Assembly (NCBI GenBank): GCA_973895155.1
Contig: OZ316895.1
Span: forward strand, 11,554,858 to 11,618,857
Direction of reading: 5' to 3'
Origin: Marsupella aquatica
Taxonomy: Eukaryota > Plantae > Marchantiophyta
DNA length: 64,000 bases
Part shown: piece after piece, positions 12,774 through 26,733 of the stretch
Layout: each line of letters opens with the position of its first letter
Position numbering within the stretch: the stretch's first letter is position 1
Notes under the pieces: model-generated
Seen by the model: only the letters and a program-made list of their open reading frames with translations
Told to the model about the DNA's origin: nothing
Databases searched by the model: none
Translations under genes and position numbers: made by a program

Positions 12774-15700
12774 CGTTATCAGCACGACTCTAGACCAGCT
12801 GAGCTTGATCATGATTTTTTTTAGGAATTTCCCTATGGCTATGATGAATGAATGTTCTCTTAAGGATTTCCAAGTTATGGAGGAGAATTGAATTGGGAGT
12901 GAGAAGGCTAGTAGTTTGAACCACCAAGAGAACATGAGTCACGTTGAGGCAACGACAGGATGTAGCATTGTGGTCGCGCTGAGAGCAAGCTTATGAAGGC
13001 TGTGATATGATCAAAAGAAATTTTGTTTTGAAGGGTGATTCTGAAGATCGTGTGGGAAAGCAGTATTCAAGGCAATGATTTGAGTCAAGTGGAAAGCTAT
13101 GGCTGAGGCAAGAGAGATCGAGTTCAGCCGCGCTGCTTCCTTCTACCCAACCAGGCCAGATCCACCTAAATCACTCGAGGCGATGAGTTGAAACCGGGTG
13201 GATCGAGAGCAAATCAGGACCTGATCGGGATCATAAGAAATTTTTTCAAAACCCTAACCTCATAAGGGACGAACGCAAGCGCCTTCTCTTTCCCTGAATT
13301 TCACAATGTTTTTCAACCGTTGACAGTTTCTTGTTGGTCGATCTGCGAGCCATAAAGGATGAAAGGAAATGCCCATTACACACGGTCGAGTGAAGTACAG
13401 GCATTACAAGAGGCCAAACATGGATGTTGAATTGGTCGTTTGCTGATTCAATGAAGATTCCAATAAGAGCCATTTGATACAGTCGTATCAAATTGGAGAA
13501 GATAGAAGCAAATGTCATGGAGGAAGAACATCTTGGCTTTGGTTGTGAACGTACGGGAGATGGCATCCAGCGAAAGAAACAAATCATTGTTGTGGGGTCT
13601 AGATCTGATTGCATTTTCTGAATCCTAAATATGGAATGTTGTGCTTGTCCAAGAATGAGCCTGAGAAGCTGATCGCAATCAAAGAATGAGCCAAAGCGAC
13701 AATTGAGATTTCACGAGACACACATGAGTGACTTAAACATGCAACATTCGATCTCAAAATCCTCGAGAAAAACTCGAACACCAGATAAGTGCAACCCTCA
13801 TTAAATGCACTAGTAAAGAGTTTCTGAAATACAAATGCTTGGGTGCACTTATCCAAAGACAAGAGAATCCCATGTGTTTCAGTGCAAAATCTTCATTTTT
13901 GAAAAACTATCCATATATGCACATATTAACAAAGAAAATCTTGTTGACAACGGATGTTTTGCACTTATGGATAAACAAATGAAATGGAAAATGATAAGTG
14001 CACATTGCAAATTTACACAGCAATTTACACAGTTTACACATATAAACACATCAACTGGTTTAGGGAAATTACATGTCACTTGTTGAATTTGCATACATTA
14101 ACATGCCTTACATGTGCAACACATGCTTTACATGCATTTGACATATTTACAAATCCTACCACCCTTACTTGACTTTGCACATTGGAAATAATGGTTTTAT
14201 ACCAAATACCTCTACTTTCCATTTACAAAGTGGATGTTACATCCATTTCAATCACAAAATGGTTTTTACAACATTTTACACCCCTAGTTTACACCTAATG
14301 ATACCATTCTAGATTAAACCTCATGACACCAGTTTACACTGGTGTATGTCTTATCATTGTATAATCCCATGTTTGACATTGGGTTTATACTTGTTTACAC
14401 TGGTTACACCAGATTACACTTGCTTATAGCATTTACACTGGTTTACACCAATTTACACCATCAGGGGGAGTAAACTTTGGTCCATACACTTTTTGTGTGT
14501 AAATTGACCATTTACAACTTTTACACCAATTGACATGGGCTTACACCCATTTACACCCTACATTAGGGCAATATCTTACTTAAGGGCCTTATCCTCATGG
14601 TCTTTACACCATAAACAACTCAAACGAGAGCTTTTATAGCCATCGTTTGGTGGGATGATAGTTTTTAAGTATGGAACTAATACCATACCTTTAACCATGC
14701 TCTATGACCTAGTTTTTGAGGTATTTTGGTAAGGTATAGATTTTCTGAGATCCAGTGATCGATGACAGATATGTCTCTCACGAAAGATCCAGAATAATCT
14801 AAGGTACAGTACTTCAGGTTAGTTCCATGACCTTAGTTTCCAGCCATATCCAAAAGCGGATAATCAATAACCCTTTAGGGGTTTAACTGCGAATATTTAG
14901 AAACCCAAAGTAAACTCAAATCAGAATGAGTAATGAGGGGTTAATATGGGCAAACCCCATAACTTTGTCCAGTCCAACTTAATTCTAGCTTTCAACTATA
15001 ATATATGCATAAAATGCATATCTAGGGGGAGAAAGTTTATTTTCTCAAACCGCAATCACACTTGATTTACCCACTACGAGTACATTTTGGTACTTGGTCA
15101 TTAAATGGGATCTTTTGACTATCACTAGCTCTAAACTATTCTTATGCGGAGTTGTTTGACGTTTATGAATATCACTTTACCTCCGCAAGATAGCGAATCA
15201 TTTTGAGCTAGCATTTTTCTGTGCTATGACACACATAGACGTTCGACTGAATGTTTGGACTCCACAGGGTTATTTGTGAAGTTACATTGACTTGACACTT
15301 TCTGTCAAAATATGAGAACTGCAGACGTGTAGGGCAGACGTGCCATATTATACACACACCCGCTGGTGTTGTGAATGCACACCCTTTGGTGCTGCAGATT
15401 ATTTTTCATATAAAAACTATTTGATACTACATGTTTTTGAAATCTAAGATTGAGAGATTTCTTTGTGTGTCGACTACACACGCTTGCGAATTGTGCATTT
15501 TGCACAAGAACCCTCTATTTAAGAATCTAATTAGGAGTCCTTGAACTCTAAGGGAGAGTTTCGATATTTGAGTTTTACGAGAATAATATATTCCTTGAAA
15601 CCTTGTTTTGAGGGGGAGATCATATTTTTTGGACTTTTTACATCCCATACTTTACACACTCAGTTGCACGAGATGACATTATTTATTATTATACTTTACA

Positions 15701-16144
15701 CTTTGCGCAGATGAGCCACGGACAAGTGATTTTATGATAATAACTTAATTACTAATCATTTTTTCATATATGTTTTAATTTGTATTTGATGCGAGGATGT
15801 ATGTGCGGATGTATGCGCAATGGTGAGCGATTTGGAGACGTCGCGTTGTTGTTGAGTCGTTGAGCATACGACAACTTGTTCATTTTGACGGAGTGGAGTT
15901 GTTGCTGTTAACTCCACATACCACCGGATTCACTTGAGGACCGACAGGGCTGTACTCTTTTTCCTTTAGAGCCGAGATATTTTTTTTTCTCTATTACCTT
16001 GATAGAGTTTTTTAGAGCTGTTAAAGGTTTTAACGAGGCAGTACCTTCCTCATTTGTACTCAAATCATGCCATGTTTATAAGCATGATAATCTAGTTAGA
16101 AGACTTTTTGTCTACATAGTTATCACTATATAGCCAAGGGGGAG

Positions 16145-16286
16145 TGTTATACCCTAACTAGACTCTATGGTTACCTTAACCATAGTTACCATATAGGATA
16201 ACTCGGACGGAGACTATATATAGAGATGCACCCATTCATTCTATAGAGAGGAATCTCATTATCATTTCCCGCATCATTCCTCAACA
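16145..16286 (+). repeat. 3' LTR (142 bp)
   Basis: Identical copy of 12632-12773, preceded by the PPT and followed by TSD GAATT. Confidence 0.95.
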
Positions 16287-19038
16287 GAATTACCTTTAAA
16301 TTTCAAAGAAAAATCCATCGATTTGCCCCTACTCCACACTCCACAATACCTTAATATAGCTATCGCTAACAATGAGTTGAGCTTGACAGTGTTGAGACCA
16401 TCACTTAGTCCGGGTTTGGGCAAAGGCGATGACAATTTCAAGCGGGCACAAAATCAGTACAGTTTAGGCTTCAAGCAAAGCTTTACCCCAAGTACGAACT
16501 AGCAAAGCCATGTGGGAAGGACTCTTTTCTGATAATTATAATGTTATGTTTAGGGTGAGCTTTATGTCCCTTATGCCATTTTGAGATATGCCATATTACG
16601 CATAGAAATGCAAGTGTGTGTAATAATTGCAATAACCACCCTAACCTTGGGCCAAGATTAACCAGAAGGGAGTCAGACTCTGTAAGCCAAGGGTTTAGGG
16701 TTTACAGTTTATGGTTTGGAATCAAATGAATTGAGTATAACTAAATTGGTAGTGTTTATTGCCACAAACATGTTATATATTATATTTAAATATGTCTGAT
16801 CATGATTCAATTTTGTTTAATATGAATGCAACAAGAACCAGGGCTATCAACTACTAACAAAAGCCAATGAAAGGGAAAACGTCAAAGAGTAAATTAGAAA
16901 TGAACAATAAAAACCTTGTTTCAGTTGAATGATATGAAGATGTAAGGTAATAGTGTCTCCATGTAAAGTAATCACTACATTTTCTTTTTGCATTTTGTCC
17001 AAAGTCCAAGTCCACTAATACCCAACTCTGACTTGCACTACAAAACCAGCCCACCAAATATTTATGGGGGACACTCTTTGTCATAAAATGCAAATTGCAT
17101 ACATAAAAATCTTCAGTTTGGGAAGACCCTAGGCCCACTTCATTCACCAATTTAAGGGCCCACTGATTGGTAGGTAGGATCAGTAAATTGCAAGCAAAAG
17201 ACATGGATGTATGAGTTTAGGGTTAAATATACCCTACCACAGTGCTGCAAGACAATACATTGTTTTCATTGGCTTAGTTTCATTTCAGCGGGAGTAGTTT
17301 TTGCTCACCCATGCCGTGCAGGCGGGGGTGAATGGCCAAGACTGGTGGGTCAAAGACATTGTGGAGATTGTCTTCAGATAACACTTAGCAAGGGAATTTT
17401 TGGTTAACCCATGTTGTTTTGGTGGGGGTGAATGATCAACACTGGTGGTTTTTTTGAAGACATTGTGAACATTATCTTCAGATGGCACATAGCATTTTTT
17501 TCAGCAAGAATAACTTTTGCTCACCCGTGCCATTTGGGCAGGTCAGGGGTGAATGGTTGGAATTGGTGGGTTTGGAGTATATTGTGGACATTTTCTTTCC
17601 GGATGACTTTCTTAGCATTTTTTTCAGCAAGAGTAGTTTTTGCAAAAACAGGCCTCAAAAAACTCTATTGGGAGGAAATTGCCAAAACAAGGAATGATGT
17701 CCATGAAACAGAAGACATCATTCATGTGCATGTCTTCACTAATCTTGTAGTTTGGGCAGCGCGGAAATGAGGTGCCTGTCCCAAGAAGACTGCGATGACC
17801 AGCCCTATTCAACCCTTGTAGTTTGACCTTTGTGCAGTCACATCAAAACTGGGAAAAGTTCATAATATGGGCCTGCAGTCACTATTGACCAAGTGTAGTC
17901 CTAGTATACCTGAATCTGGATTTAGGAGATTCAACATCTACAAGAACATCCTATATGGCTCATTAAGAGGGGGTTGATCAGGGTGAGGGGGGCTGATCAA
18001 GCAAAGTTTTCGTGTTTATGGGTCCACCAAGCATATCCCTCCTCCTTTGCCAGAATCTAAGTATCATCCTTAGTTAGATTTATGGAGATCTCACAATCAG
18101 AAGTTAATATAAGAAAATTAGATAAAGCATATTCCCGAGCCCATTTCTAGCATCTTCTTCTTGACACAAGGTTACAGCCTGACTCTTTTGCCCAAATCTA
18201 ACTGTAATTCTTAGATTTATGGAGATATGACTATCAGAAGATAACTTAAGCAAATTACATGAAGAACATTCCTATCATCTTTTTGTTCACACAAGGTTAC
18301 ATTTGGACCGCAACAAAAAAATAGAATAATGTCTTGGTTAGAGGGAATTGTGCGATATCATAGCCCCCCAAAAGAGGGTGGTAGCCCAAGTTTTGAGGGG
18401 TTGTATTCTCACAATTCCAGTAACAAGAAAATTAACATAGATGAAATTAAACTTGAGTGATATTTTGGGAACAGACAAGAAAAAGTAACCCTATAAAATG
18501 GATGGAAAAAGTAAGAGGACCATGCAACAATGCTGGCAAGCAATTGATTCAAATCCTGGAAAATCTTGGAAATTATAGGGCCATCAATATTTTGGATCCT
18601 TGCTGGGTACAATCTCCCTTACTTAAGACATATGGTAAAGTATTTTCTATCCATTCCTGAAAAGAACGGGACCGAGGCATAATGGAAAGTAAAGCAAGGA
18701 TGGACCGAGGGCTCCCATGGATTTCCTAAGCTGGGATGGATTGACTCAAAACATCAAAATTTGCTCGGATATCCCTCTTTATAGTTTTGACTCAATCATA
18801 TGTGAACTATAAGTCTTAGCTCACACAAACTACTCAGGGCTTCCTTCATAAAAGTGAGGTGTCCTTTCTCAAAGTGGTAAGTTGATGCTCGTGCCCAAGT
18901 ACTGAGGGCAATAGTGAAGCATTTGTTGACGGTCAATTTATAATATATGACCATCTTTGCACTCATTGGCAATGGAATAAATGATTTCAGAAAAAAATTG
19001 AAACTTTGTCAGCAAATAGATTGGACATCGGAGAATAT

Positions 19039-19370
19039 TGTTAAGGATTGCTCTTAGTCTTGTGACTCAAAGGTTATGGTACTTAGGCTAACCACAGTTA
19101 GGGTCTTAGCTGAGGTTAGGTTAGTCGTGTGTGACCTTGCATATACTAGGGCTAGTGTAAGTCGCTAGTGTGTGGTGCTTACTCATTGTCACGGAGCAAC
19201 TTGAGGAAGAGGGAGAGCATGTGTGTTCATCTACTCTTGAAATAAAGCTTGAGTGTTCGTGTGGACGTAGCCTTGGAGAAGAAGTGAACCACGTAGAGAT
19301 TGTGTCGACTACGTGTGCATGGAATGAATAATGATTGGATCGTCATGAAAGAAGACATCATAGTTTAACA
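19039..19370 (+). mobile_element. Solo LTR (family shared with 47227, 49345, 49991)
   Basis: TGTTA...TAACA ends, TSD AATAT on both sides; shares ctcattgtcacggagc and gtggacgtagcc...gtgaaccacgta blocks with the other copies. Confidence 0.88.
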
Positions 19371-22300
19371 AATATGCTAAAATTTTTTGAACTGAAACAT
19401 AGATCTGTAAGTATTTAAAATAAATCCACTAGTTTGTGGAAATTAGTATTTCACAATTATCCAAACACCTGGAAAAACTACTAGGGGGGGTCCTTCCCAA
19501 AGTGAAGCGTACCTATTAAGATATCCTGATAATGTGTATAGTGAAAAGTGAAATAAATTGTGTGAGGGCAAAACACACCCTTGGATCCATGCTTAACTTT
19601 AGGCATAATGGGAAATTTAATGCCTTGTAAAATACAAAATACAGCCAGAAAAATCACTTCAGTCCTTAGAAATAAAAGCATTCACGTTGAACCTTAGCGA
19701 AGGCTACAGTAGTCGAGTACTACGGTCGAGCCAGCGATAGTCCGATAAAGACTGTCGCACCAGAGCATAGCATGACATAGCGTTTAGGGTGGGGGCCACC
19801 CAGTAACAGGTCTCAAGTGACCGGCAGTCTAGGGAGCTTACGTGGTAGAATCCGGTCCGGGTAAATGGGAGCGACCGTAGTAGTGGTAGTACCGTACCAC
19901 AGACTGTCGTACTGTGCAGTTTAGCATTGGGTACTCTACCCGTACGCTAGGCGTGGTTGACTGTTGTTCACCCCGGTTACAGTACCCACTACCCAGTTCC
20001 CAGGTTCCAAATTTCCCATTCTGTACAGTAATTAGCGTTGTGGGTGGGTTAATTACGCGTAACTGGATTAATGTCTTAGTGTCTTACAGTACGGTGATTT
20101 ACTGATTTGAGAGGTACTAGTAATTAACGATATCGTGAGAGTGGCCAGTGGTCCCCAATGGCCCAATCCAATGGATTATCCAAGAGTCGGTTGCTAGAAT
20201 AATCAATGAATAATTAATCCAACTCGGTTGCTAGAATAATTAATGAATAATTAATACTTCTTAATGAATGTCTCAGTACCAGCTTAACTGCTTAAATTTC
20301 CCAAGCTTTTCATTCAGTCGTGGTAGGGAGTGTCCCCTTGTGTGCAGTAGAAGATACTATGAGATTATTTCTGATCACGTTAGTCGAGATTTGAGGATAA
20401 TTACAAGGTTTTGTGGCTAGCTGGGAAATTGACCATCGGAAGAAAAACACAAGCATGGTTTGCCAAAAGTGCCCCAAATTTTTTAGATGTGAAGTCTAGT
20501 GAATTTTCACGACTCAGAAAACACTGCTCAGTACCATTAGCTTAGGCATTTAGAGAATACAATCTACGTTGTGCATGATCCCATCAGCAAAGGCTTTGTT
20601 AGAGGCCACTGAGCTGTAAAAGGCTACTGGATATAAGTAATCTAGTAAGAATAGAGGAGTATTAGCTATCTGTTTTGCTAATAGAGGAGTATTAGCTATC
20701 TGTTTTGCCTACATAAGTTTTTGATCCTTAGATCTCTGTAGATTTATAGACAACCATCAGATTTTGGCAAAGGGGGTTATTCACTCTGTGGGAAATTGGC
20801 TAATTGGATACACCTAGTCTAGCCAAATTTGTGACCAACGGGCTATGTCACTAGGTGAGAAATTGACTAATCTATATAACTAATTGTGAACAGAATCTAG
20901 AGTTGGGGTCTAGACTTCTAGAGTGAAGTCTCTAGACACTACTCTAGATAAAGACAAAACTAATAAGGAAAAAACTGAAAATCAAATGCATACCAAAACC
21001 AAGGATGAAACAAATTAAGACAAAGAGGAAACATCATAGATTTCCTTTGCAAGCCTTTTTTTGCATAATCTTTATTTGGGGATCAAGGTAATGACTAGGG
21101 TGAAACCTCTAGACCATGACTATAGGACCCCACTAAAATTTATGTGGAAAGGAGTATGGGATATTATACATGTCACAAATATGAATATCATGCATGATAA
21201 TGATTACAGCATTTTGGGTCGTGGGATACAAGTAATCTAGCCAAGTGGGAAAAACTTTTGGGGAGGTGTAATGGCAAAATTTCACTCTCTTTGGCTATCT
21301 TGTCTCATTCAATTGATCAGAATGTATTATTATGTTAATCTGGCCTAGTCTAGGCTTTAGCCATGTAATATTAGAATTTAATCATTTCTGGCAACCCTTT
21401 TTTAGGGTTTATAGATTTATCTGGTTCCCTATATTTTAGGTATCATTTTGAGGGGCATATTTTCCTACTTGCATGATTAGACCCTTCAACCAAGCAACTG
21501 GAATCCTGATAATTGCATCTTATATTCCATTGGTTTCAAAATTTACATTGTTCATGGTTTATTGATCAACAAGTGTCACCTAAATAGACAGCCCCACCAA
21601 GTAGAGGAGAAAATTAAAAAAGGAGAAAATTAGAGTTATTCATACCTATATAGATACATTAAGTAGTATACTCCAATTCATACACTTGCCTTAAAGTATT
21701 GTAATTCTCATTTTATTAACTTTCTTATAATCATTCTTTCAATACTTTTTTTTTAATCAACTATTCACACATGAACTCTTTCATAAAGTGGTCACACATG
21801 AACTCTGATGATTGTTTTAATTCTTTTGGATAAGTAAAAACAGGCATGTATTAGGATAAACATGCCATATGGCGAAATTTCGCATTAAAGGTAGGCTGGC
21901 CCATTACTTATTACTTGAGGTCCTATGGCTTCCCCACCGCCTACTGCGATGCCATCCCCTTATTATCTATCCTCTATTCCCTACAGATTGGGGCCATGAT
22001 AGCCTTCCCCATCACTGGCAGCCGACGTGAAGTTTGTGTCGTAAATTCTCGTTTCTGTTTATGATCGCGATCCTCTCTGCCTCTGCCACATTTTTGATCC
22101 TCGTGCAGCGCATGCTCCTAGATCTCATGTCTAGTTCTATCTCTGAGCACAGATTCGTGGTCAGACTACCGTTGCGTAGTTTTCTGTGCTCGCTATTCCC
22201 GACTCCCGAGCCCCTCCATAGCTCCCATCTTCGGATCTTCCACTGCGAATCCTCAGACCTCAGAGGAAGACATTCGTTAATTAATACTTTTCACTTGAGT

Positions 22301-23136
22301 TTGTTAACCATCTTGCGGCTCCCGAGGGTTGATAATTCTGAGGAGTCGTTGAGATTTTGAATTACTTGATTCACTGGACGGTGAAGGGCCCACTCTGTTT
22401 CTACAGAAGAGCCTGAGAGGAACCCCATGCTGCGAAAGTAAGCTGTTGGTGCGTGCGCGAATTGATTCAGGTAGTCCATTAATTGTGCCTCTCGTGGGGC
22501 ATCTGCCGCTCCATGCCTCCATAAGATAGAGTTGATATTATATGCAATGCAATGTTTATATAATGTGGAGATGCTTGTAGTTGGAAGGATTTTAGTTGAG
22601 CTGGACAATTAGTTCATCGCCACCGTTAGATTTTGGTCCGGTTAAATCGTTGATCCTTGGCTTACTACTAGTTTGTATTGTGTTGCCTCTGCGTTAGTTG
22701 TGTTCTATTGATTAGTCAAACTATCTTATTTTTCTACATTTCCAACTTAGTTTTGCTAGCCCTCAGTCTCGCTCTCTCCTTTTCACGGAGACTTGTCTAT
22801 AGGCCTCGGTCTGGCCCTCCATGATTTCCTGATCTATGATTTTATCGGCTTGCATTGCTGTGGTAATCGGGTCTCTCATGGTGGTGAAGGTTGTTTTGGT
22901 CGGCTTCTTCACAACTGTCGATCCTGATTCGTTCCGGGCTAGGATGAGGGAGAGATTCCGAGTATTGGTGCACACCCCGAGCAGTTCTCGCAATTGAAAC
23001 CTTCGATTAACTGTCCTCTTCCTCCTCCTCTCTCTATATCTCGCTCCCGCCATCAGATTTCTCGCTTGTCAGGGAATTATTCTGCTTTTCTCTTCAATTT
23101 TCTTTCCCTAAATTTGACAAAAAAAGGGTTTACGCC

Positions 23137-23965
23137 ATGAATCTACCCGGGTTCTCTTCTGCTCTTCAAGCCCCTTCCATGTCGTTCACATTTCCTTCCT
23201 ACAGTTCAATTCCTCCATCTACGTCTTCTTCAGTATCTAGATCCTACTCTTCATGCAATTCAAGGTGCCCCTTTTCTGCCTCTAGCACGCACGGATTCGG
23301 ATCTGCATCTCCCACAATTCAACCGACAGACAATGAAGGAAATAAATATGTCAGATCTCGTAGTTGTGGGCCTCTGAAGACGATGAGCATGAGATGTGCT
23401 GCCGTAGGAAGCGGAGGCGATGGGGAACCAGATGTGAGCAATGTGGCAGGAGGGGAATTGGTAGTCACCGGCATTGAAAACAAGGACAACCTTTTGGTTT
23501 CTGGTAGCCCAATTGTAATTGTAGAAGCCCCTGTAATGTTGAAAACAGCGGAGCCCATGCCAATGATGCGTCCCAACAGAGGTGTTTTAAAATCTGGAGA
23601 TGCTGGCAGGTAAACCTATAGCCGACATAGTTTGAAACCCTAATTTTATGAATTCTTCCTAAAGTCATTTCTCTCTCGCACTGTCTGTGTTGAGAACAAC
23701 AAATCGGGTTAAAGGCATGATATTTTTGACGTGCCTTGCTTCCCCTGTGGTGTGTATGACTAGGGATGACAGAGGCGGAATGGATTTGAGAAATTAAGTT
23801 CCCTTTTCGATCTGGAAAGTGGTTCATCAATTTGCTCGCAATTAACTTGAGTTTTCCCCTGTTTGCAGGGTCATTGACAGGAGACCGAAGGGTTTGTGGG
23901 CTGTTAGGTTTGCGGTGGGGGCATATCTTATCGAACGCAAGTGCTTCGAGCCTCTGGACGTCTAA
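23137..23965 (+). CDS. CRR42: Chloroplast-targeted DUF3148 / SipA-like protein (chlororespiratory reduction 42-like); exons 23137-23609 and 23869-23965
   Basis: Ser-rich N-terminal transit peptide. The spliced C-terminus IVIVEAPVMLKTAEPMPMMRPNRGVLKSGDAGRVIDRRPKGLWAVRFAVGAYLIERKCFEPLDV* matches the LKTAxPMPMLRP...G...RRP..WAVRF..G..LI signature; the GT-AG intron is in frame. Confidence 0.88.
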
Positions 23966-25160
23966 TGATGCATTTGTCTTCAAATCTGTCTGTCGAAGAT
24001 TCATGGTCCCTCACGAAAATGTCAATGAAACCGACCATTGCAGATGTCCATTAGAAATTACAGACAGATCAGATATTCCTACAGATGACATGAGCAGCCT
24101 GTTTTATTGGACTCTCGCATCTGTATGCTGAGATATTTTTGTCTAGAAGAATTGGAGAATTATCATCCCTTGCTGTCTCGTACGTGCTGTCATGAGGTTG
24201 CTATCAATTGATGGCTACAGAGATTTTCTTTTCTTAGATTTGAGATTTACCTGAAGACTGTGGAGGATAGATACGTTATTAAAGGCACGATGTTTCCTCT
24301 CCCACATTATCTCCCACATTAGTTCATTACCTCTTGGACAAAGGTAATGTTTCCTGTTTAGTGAAACATCTGAAAATCAAGTAATTGTAATTTTCCTCTC
24401 TAAAACTAACGTGAGGTGCCATATTTCCTGTTCGTGAAACATCTCAGACATTTTCGCATGGTAGGAAATTGCCGATTCCTAAGTGATTACGGTGGAAGCG
24501 GTAATCTTCTATCTGATAGAGACAATCCCCATGTCCAGGAAAATTCCAGATATCATTAAACCTTGGGTAGGCAATGGAACACTTTATGAAAGTTTTTGTC
24601 TTTGGGCAGATACTCTAGGACTACGCATGGATGAGGAGAGTTTATGCATAAAAGTAAGATAGTAGGTCGTTAGGTTTGTTAGGCCCAGTGTACATGTTTT
24701 ACGTTCAGTTGGACAAACTTAGAAATGACACACTCCAGGTTAGTGGTCGCAATTAGACCAAGAGGTGAAAGAATGCAGTAGGTAGGGGCTAGGCACGCAC
24801 CATCGTTACTAGGCATGAGGGATTATAGTTTGACTCGACACTTAGGCAGCCGCCTGTAGCAAAGAGGCTGCCACTCAATGTCTAGAGTCTTATAAGCTCT
24901 CAATGAAATATACCGCATTCCACACTTTTGAATTCTTGAAAATAGTGACATATGGAAGGTGTGTTGACCCCGCAAGACCCTACTCATGTTACTCGTAAAT
25001 AAAAAATTTACGGGACTTCCAGCACAAATGCGTTTCTACATTCCGATAATGTCGAGGACATCTTCTGAACTTAATTCGTCGTGTTGGAGTGAAGTCTGTT
25101 TCGGGCGGAAGAAACCGGCTTGCTGTTAAGTGGATCTGGATGATGAGTGGAGTTTCACGC

Positions 25161-25270
25161 TTATCAATCAATTCTTTGAATAATATTCATTCCAAAAAAT
25201 TGACAGAACTTCTACAAAATGCAATTCCATCTATTGTTATATCGTCAATCGGAATATCAATTGCTTTTTC
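25161..25270 (+). other. Possible nuclear plastid DNA fragment (ndhF C-terminal region)
   Basis: AT-rich patch translating LSINSLNNIHSKKLTELLQNAIPSIVISSIGISIAF, resembling NdhF ...SIN...EFL.NAI.SVSIA..GI.IAF; short and recognised from memory. Confidence 0.45.
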
Positions 25271-26733
25271 GAGACACTGATAAGGTACGATTCGCCAGTA
25301 AAATAGATTTTTCATAAAATAATTTAATTTTACTACAGGAAAAAAGCATATAAATTTTTTCATTTTCTCAATTTTCTAAGAAAAAACTAACTTAATCGAA
25401 TGTCTTTTAAATAAGTGCTCCACAGATTATTGATGATACTGCGGGGTGTTGAAAGAATGACGATCGAGCTCGCTTTGGTTTTCAATCTTTGGGTCTGGTC
25501 CTCCTGGACGAGACAGATATGGCTGTGAATTTCAGCTGTCCAGTTGATGGTAGAAGCTTTGTAGACCCAGGCAACAGTTGAATTTAAGATGCCCATTGCA
25601 CACTCTTTTGCGAACTGCCCTTGGCTGGTTTAGAATTGTAGTATTGAGCATTTCCGTGCATTCTGAGACGAGGATCGTCAAGGAGAGACAAACTGTAAAG
25701 TTAACTCGAATCCACATTTCAGAGTCAGAAAGATCATAAATTTTGAATTAGTAGCACCGCGGTCTAAGGGAATGATCATCTTCTCACTCTTACTCCAGAG
25801 AATCTGAGAGTCTCCCATAACTTACTGATTCAGAGATTTCAACTGTGGACCAGGTGCGCTTGCCTGTCTATCATTTTGTGCACGTAACCAACTCACACAG
25901 GTACGGTTTCAATTCGGACAGATTGTTAAGTTTCATCCGCGGATGGTCGTGGATCGAGTGCCGTTAAAAACTTGTCCTCTTGCCGCCGGATAACCTTAGC
26001 TTCTGCCAGTAAAGTTATCAGGTGAAATGATGCATACGACTATCTGTACGAAGATTCGGTCATAATCCAATCAAATGACAGGTTCCATATCCAGTCCACA
26101 TAATTGAGTTTTTGCTAAGATCTAAAGATAGATGCTGGCCATGGTTGCGGGCCCGGTTGCGGGCTGGACAGAGAGCTGTACAACCTACGCAGCGATCATG
26201 CAGACAATCCTAGGGAAATGTATCTGGGCTCGATCTGAGGTTGATGCAGGATTGGCAAAAAGCTCTGAAACGAACATGAGTGATCATCATAGATCTAGTT
26301 TAGTCTATCTATATAGGCATAATTGGTTACAATCTAACCCAACCCTCATGGCTCATGCTTTGAAAGTGCGCATGCCGCTGACTACTGTCGTCCTGAGCTT
26401 AGCAAGGTCAAGATAATATGTCCCAACATCCGTAGTGAAGCCCCATTCTCATAGCCTACGAGCTTCGCTGCCCAAAAGCAAAATTGAAGGCCCTCAGGCC
26501 GCTACGCGCCATGCCTCAATCTGCAATAAGGTTAACATCCCCAAAGTCTGTTTACCAAATTTATTTGCACAGATCGAGAATGATGTCCCTTTCCCGGGCA
26601 CAAAAAGTCAAGGGGGCTCCATTAAGTACAATGTAGATATACGGTGAGGGTCTCGAAGGTGGAGTTGGTGGAAACTGGAGTGGATCGAGCCGGGGGATCG
26701 AGGCACACCGTTGGAGGATCACCCCGAGGATCA

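Larger units (their letters stand above)
12632..16286 (+). mobile_element. Non-autonomous Ty1/Copia-like (probably Bianca-lineage) LTR retroelement, 3655 bp
   Basis: Two identical 142-bp TG...CA LTRs; 5-bp TSD GAATT (12627-12631 and 16287-16291); PBS-like CGTTATCAGCACG at 12774; polypurine tract AAGGGGGAG at 16136-16144; Bianca-like 3' motifs TGTACTCTTTTTCC and AAGGTTTTAACGAGGCA; no gag/pol ORF inside. Confidence 0.92.

Noticed and set aside
17270-18300. Degenerate direct repeats (ttttcagcaagagtagtttttgc units; about 140-bp duplication at 18060-18300)
   Set aside because: Old repeat debris with no definable element ends or coding remnant.
23465-24004. 179-aa minus-strand ORF
   Set aside because: Antisense shadow of CRR42 exons and intron.
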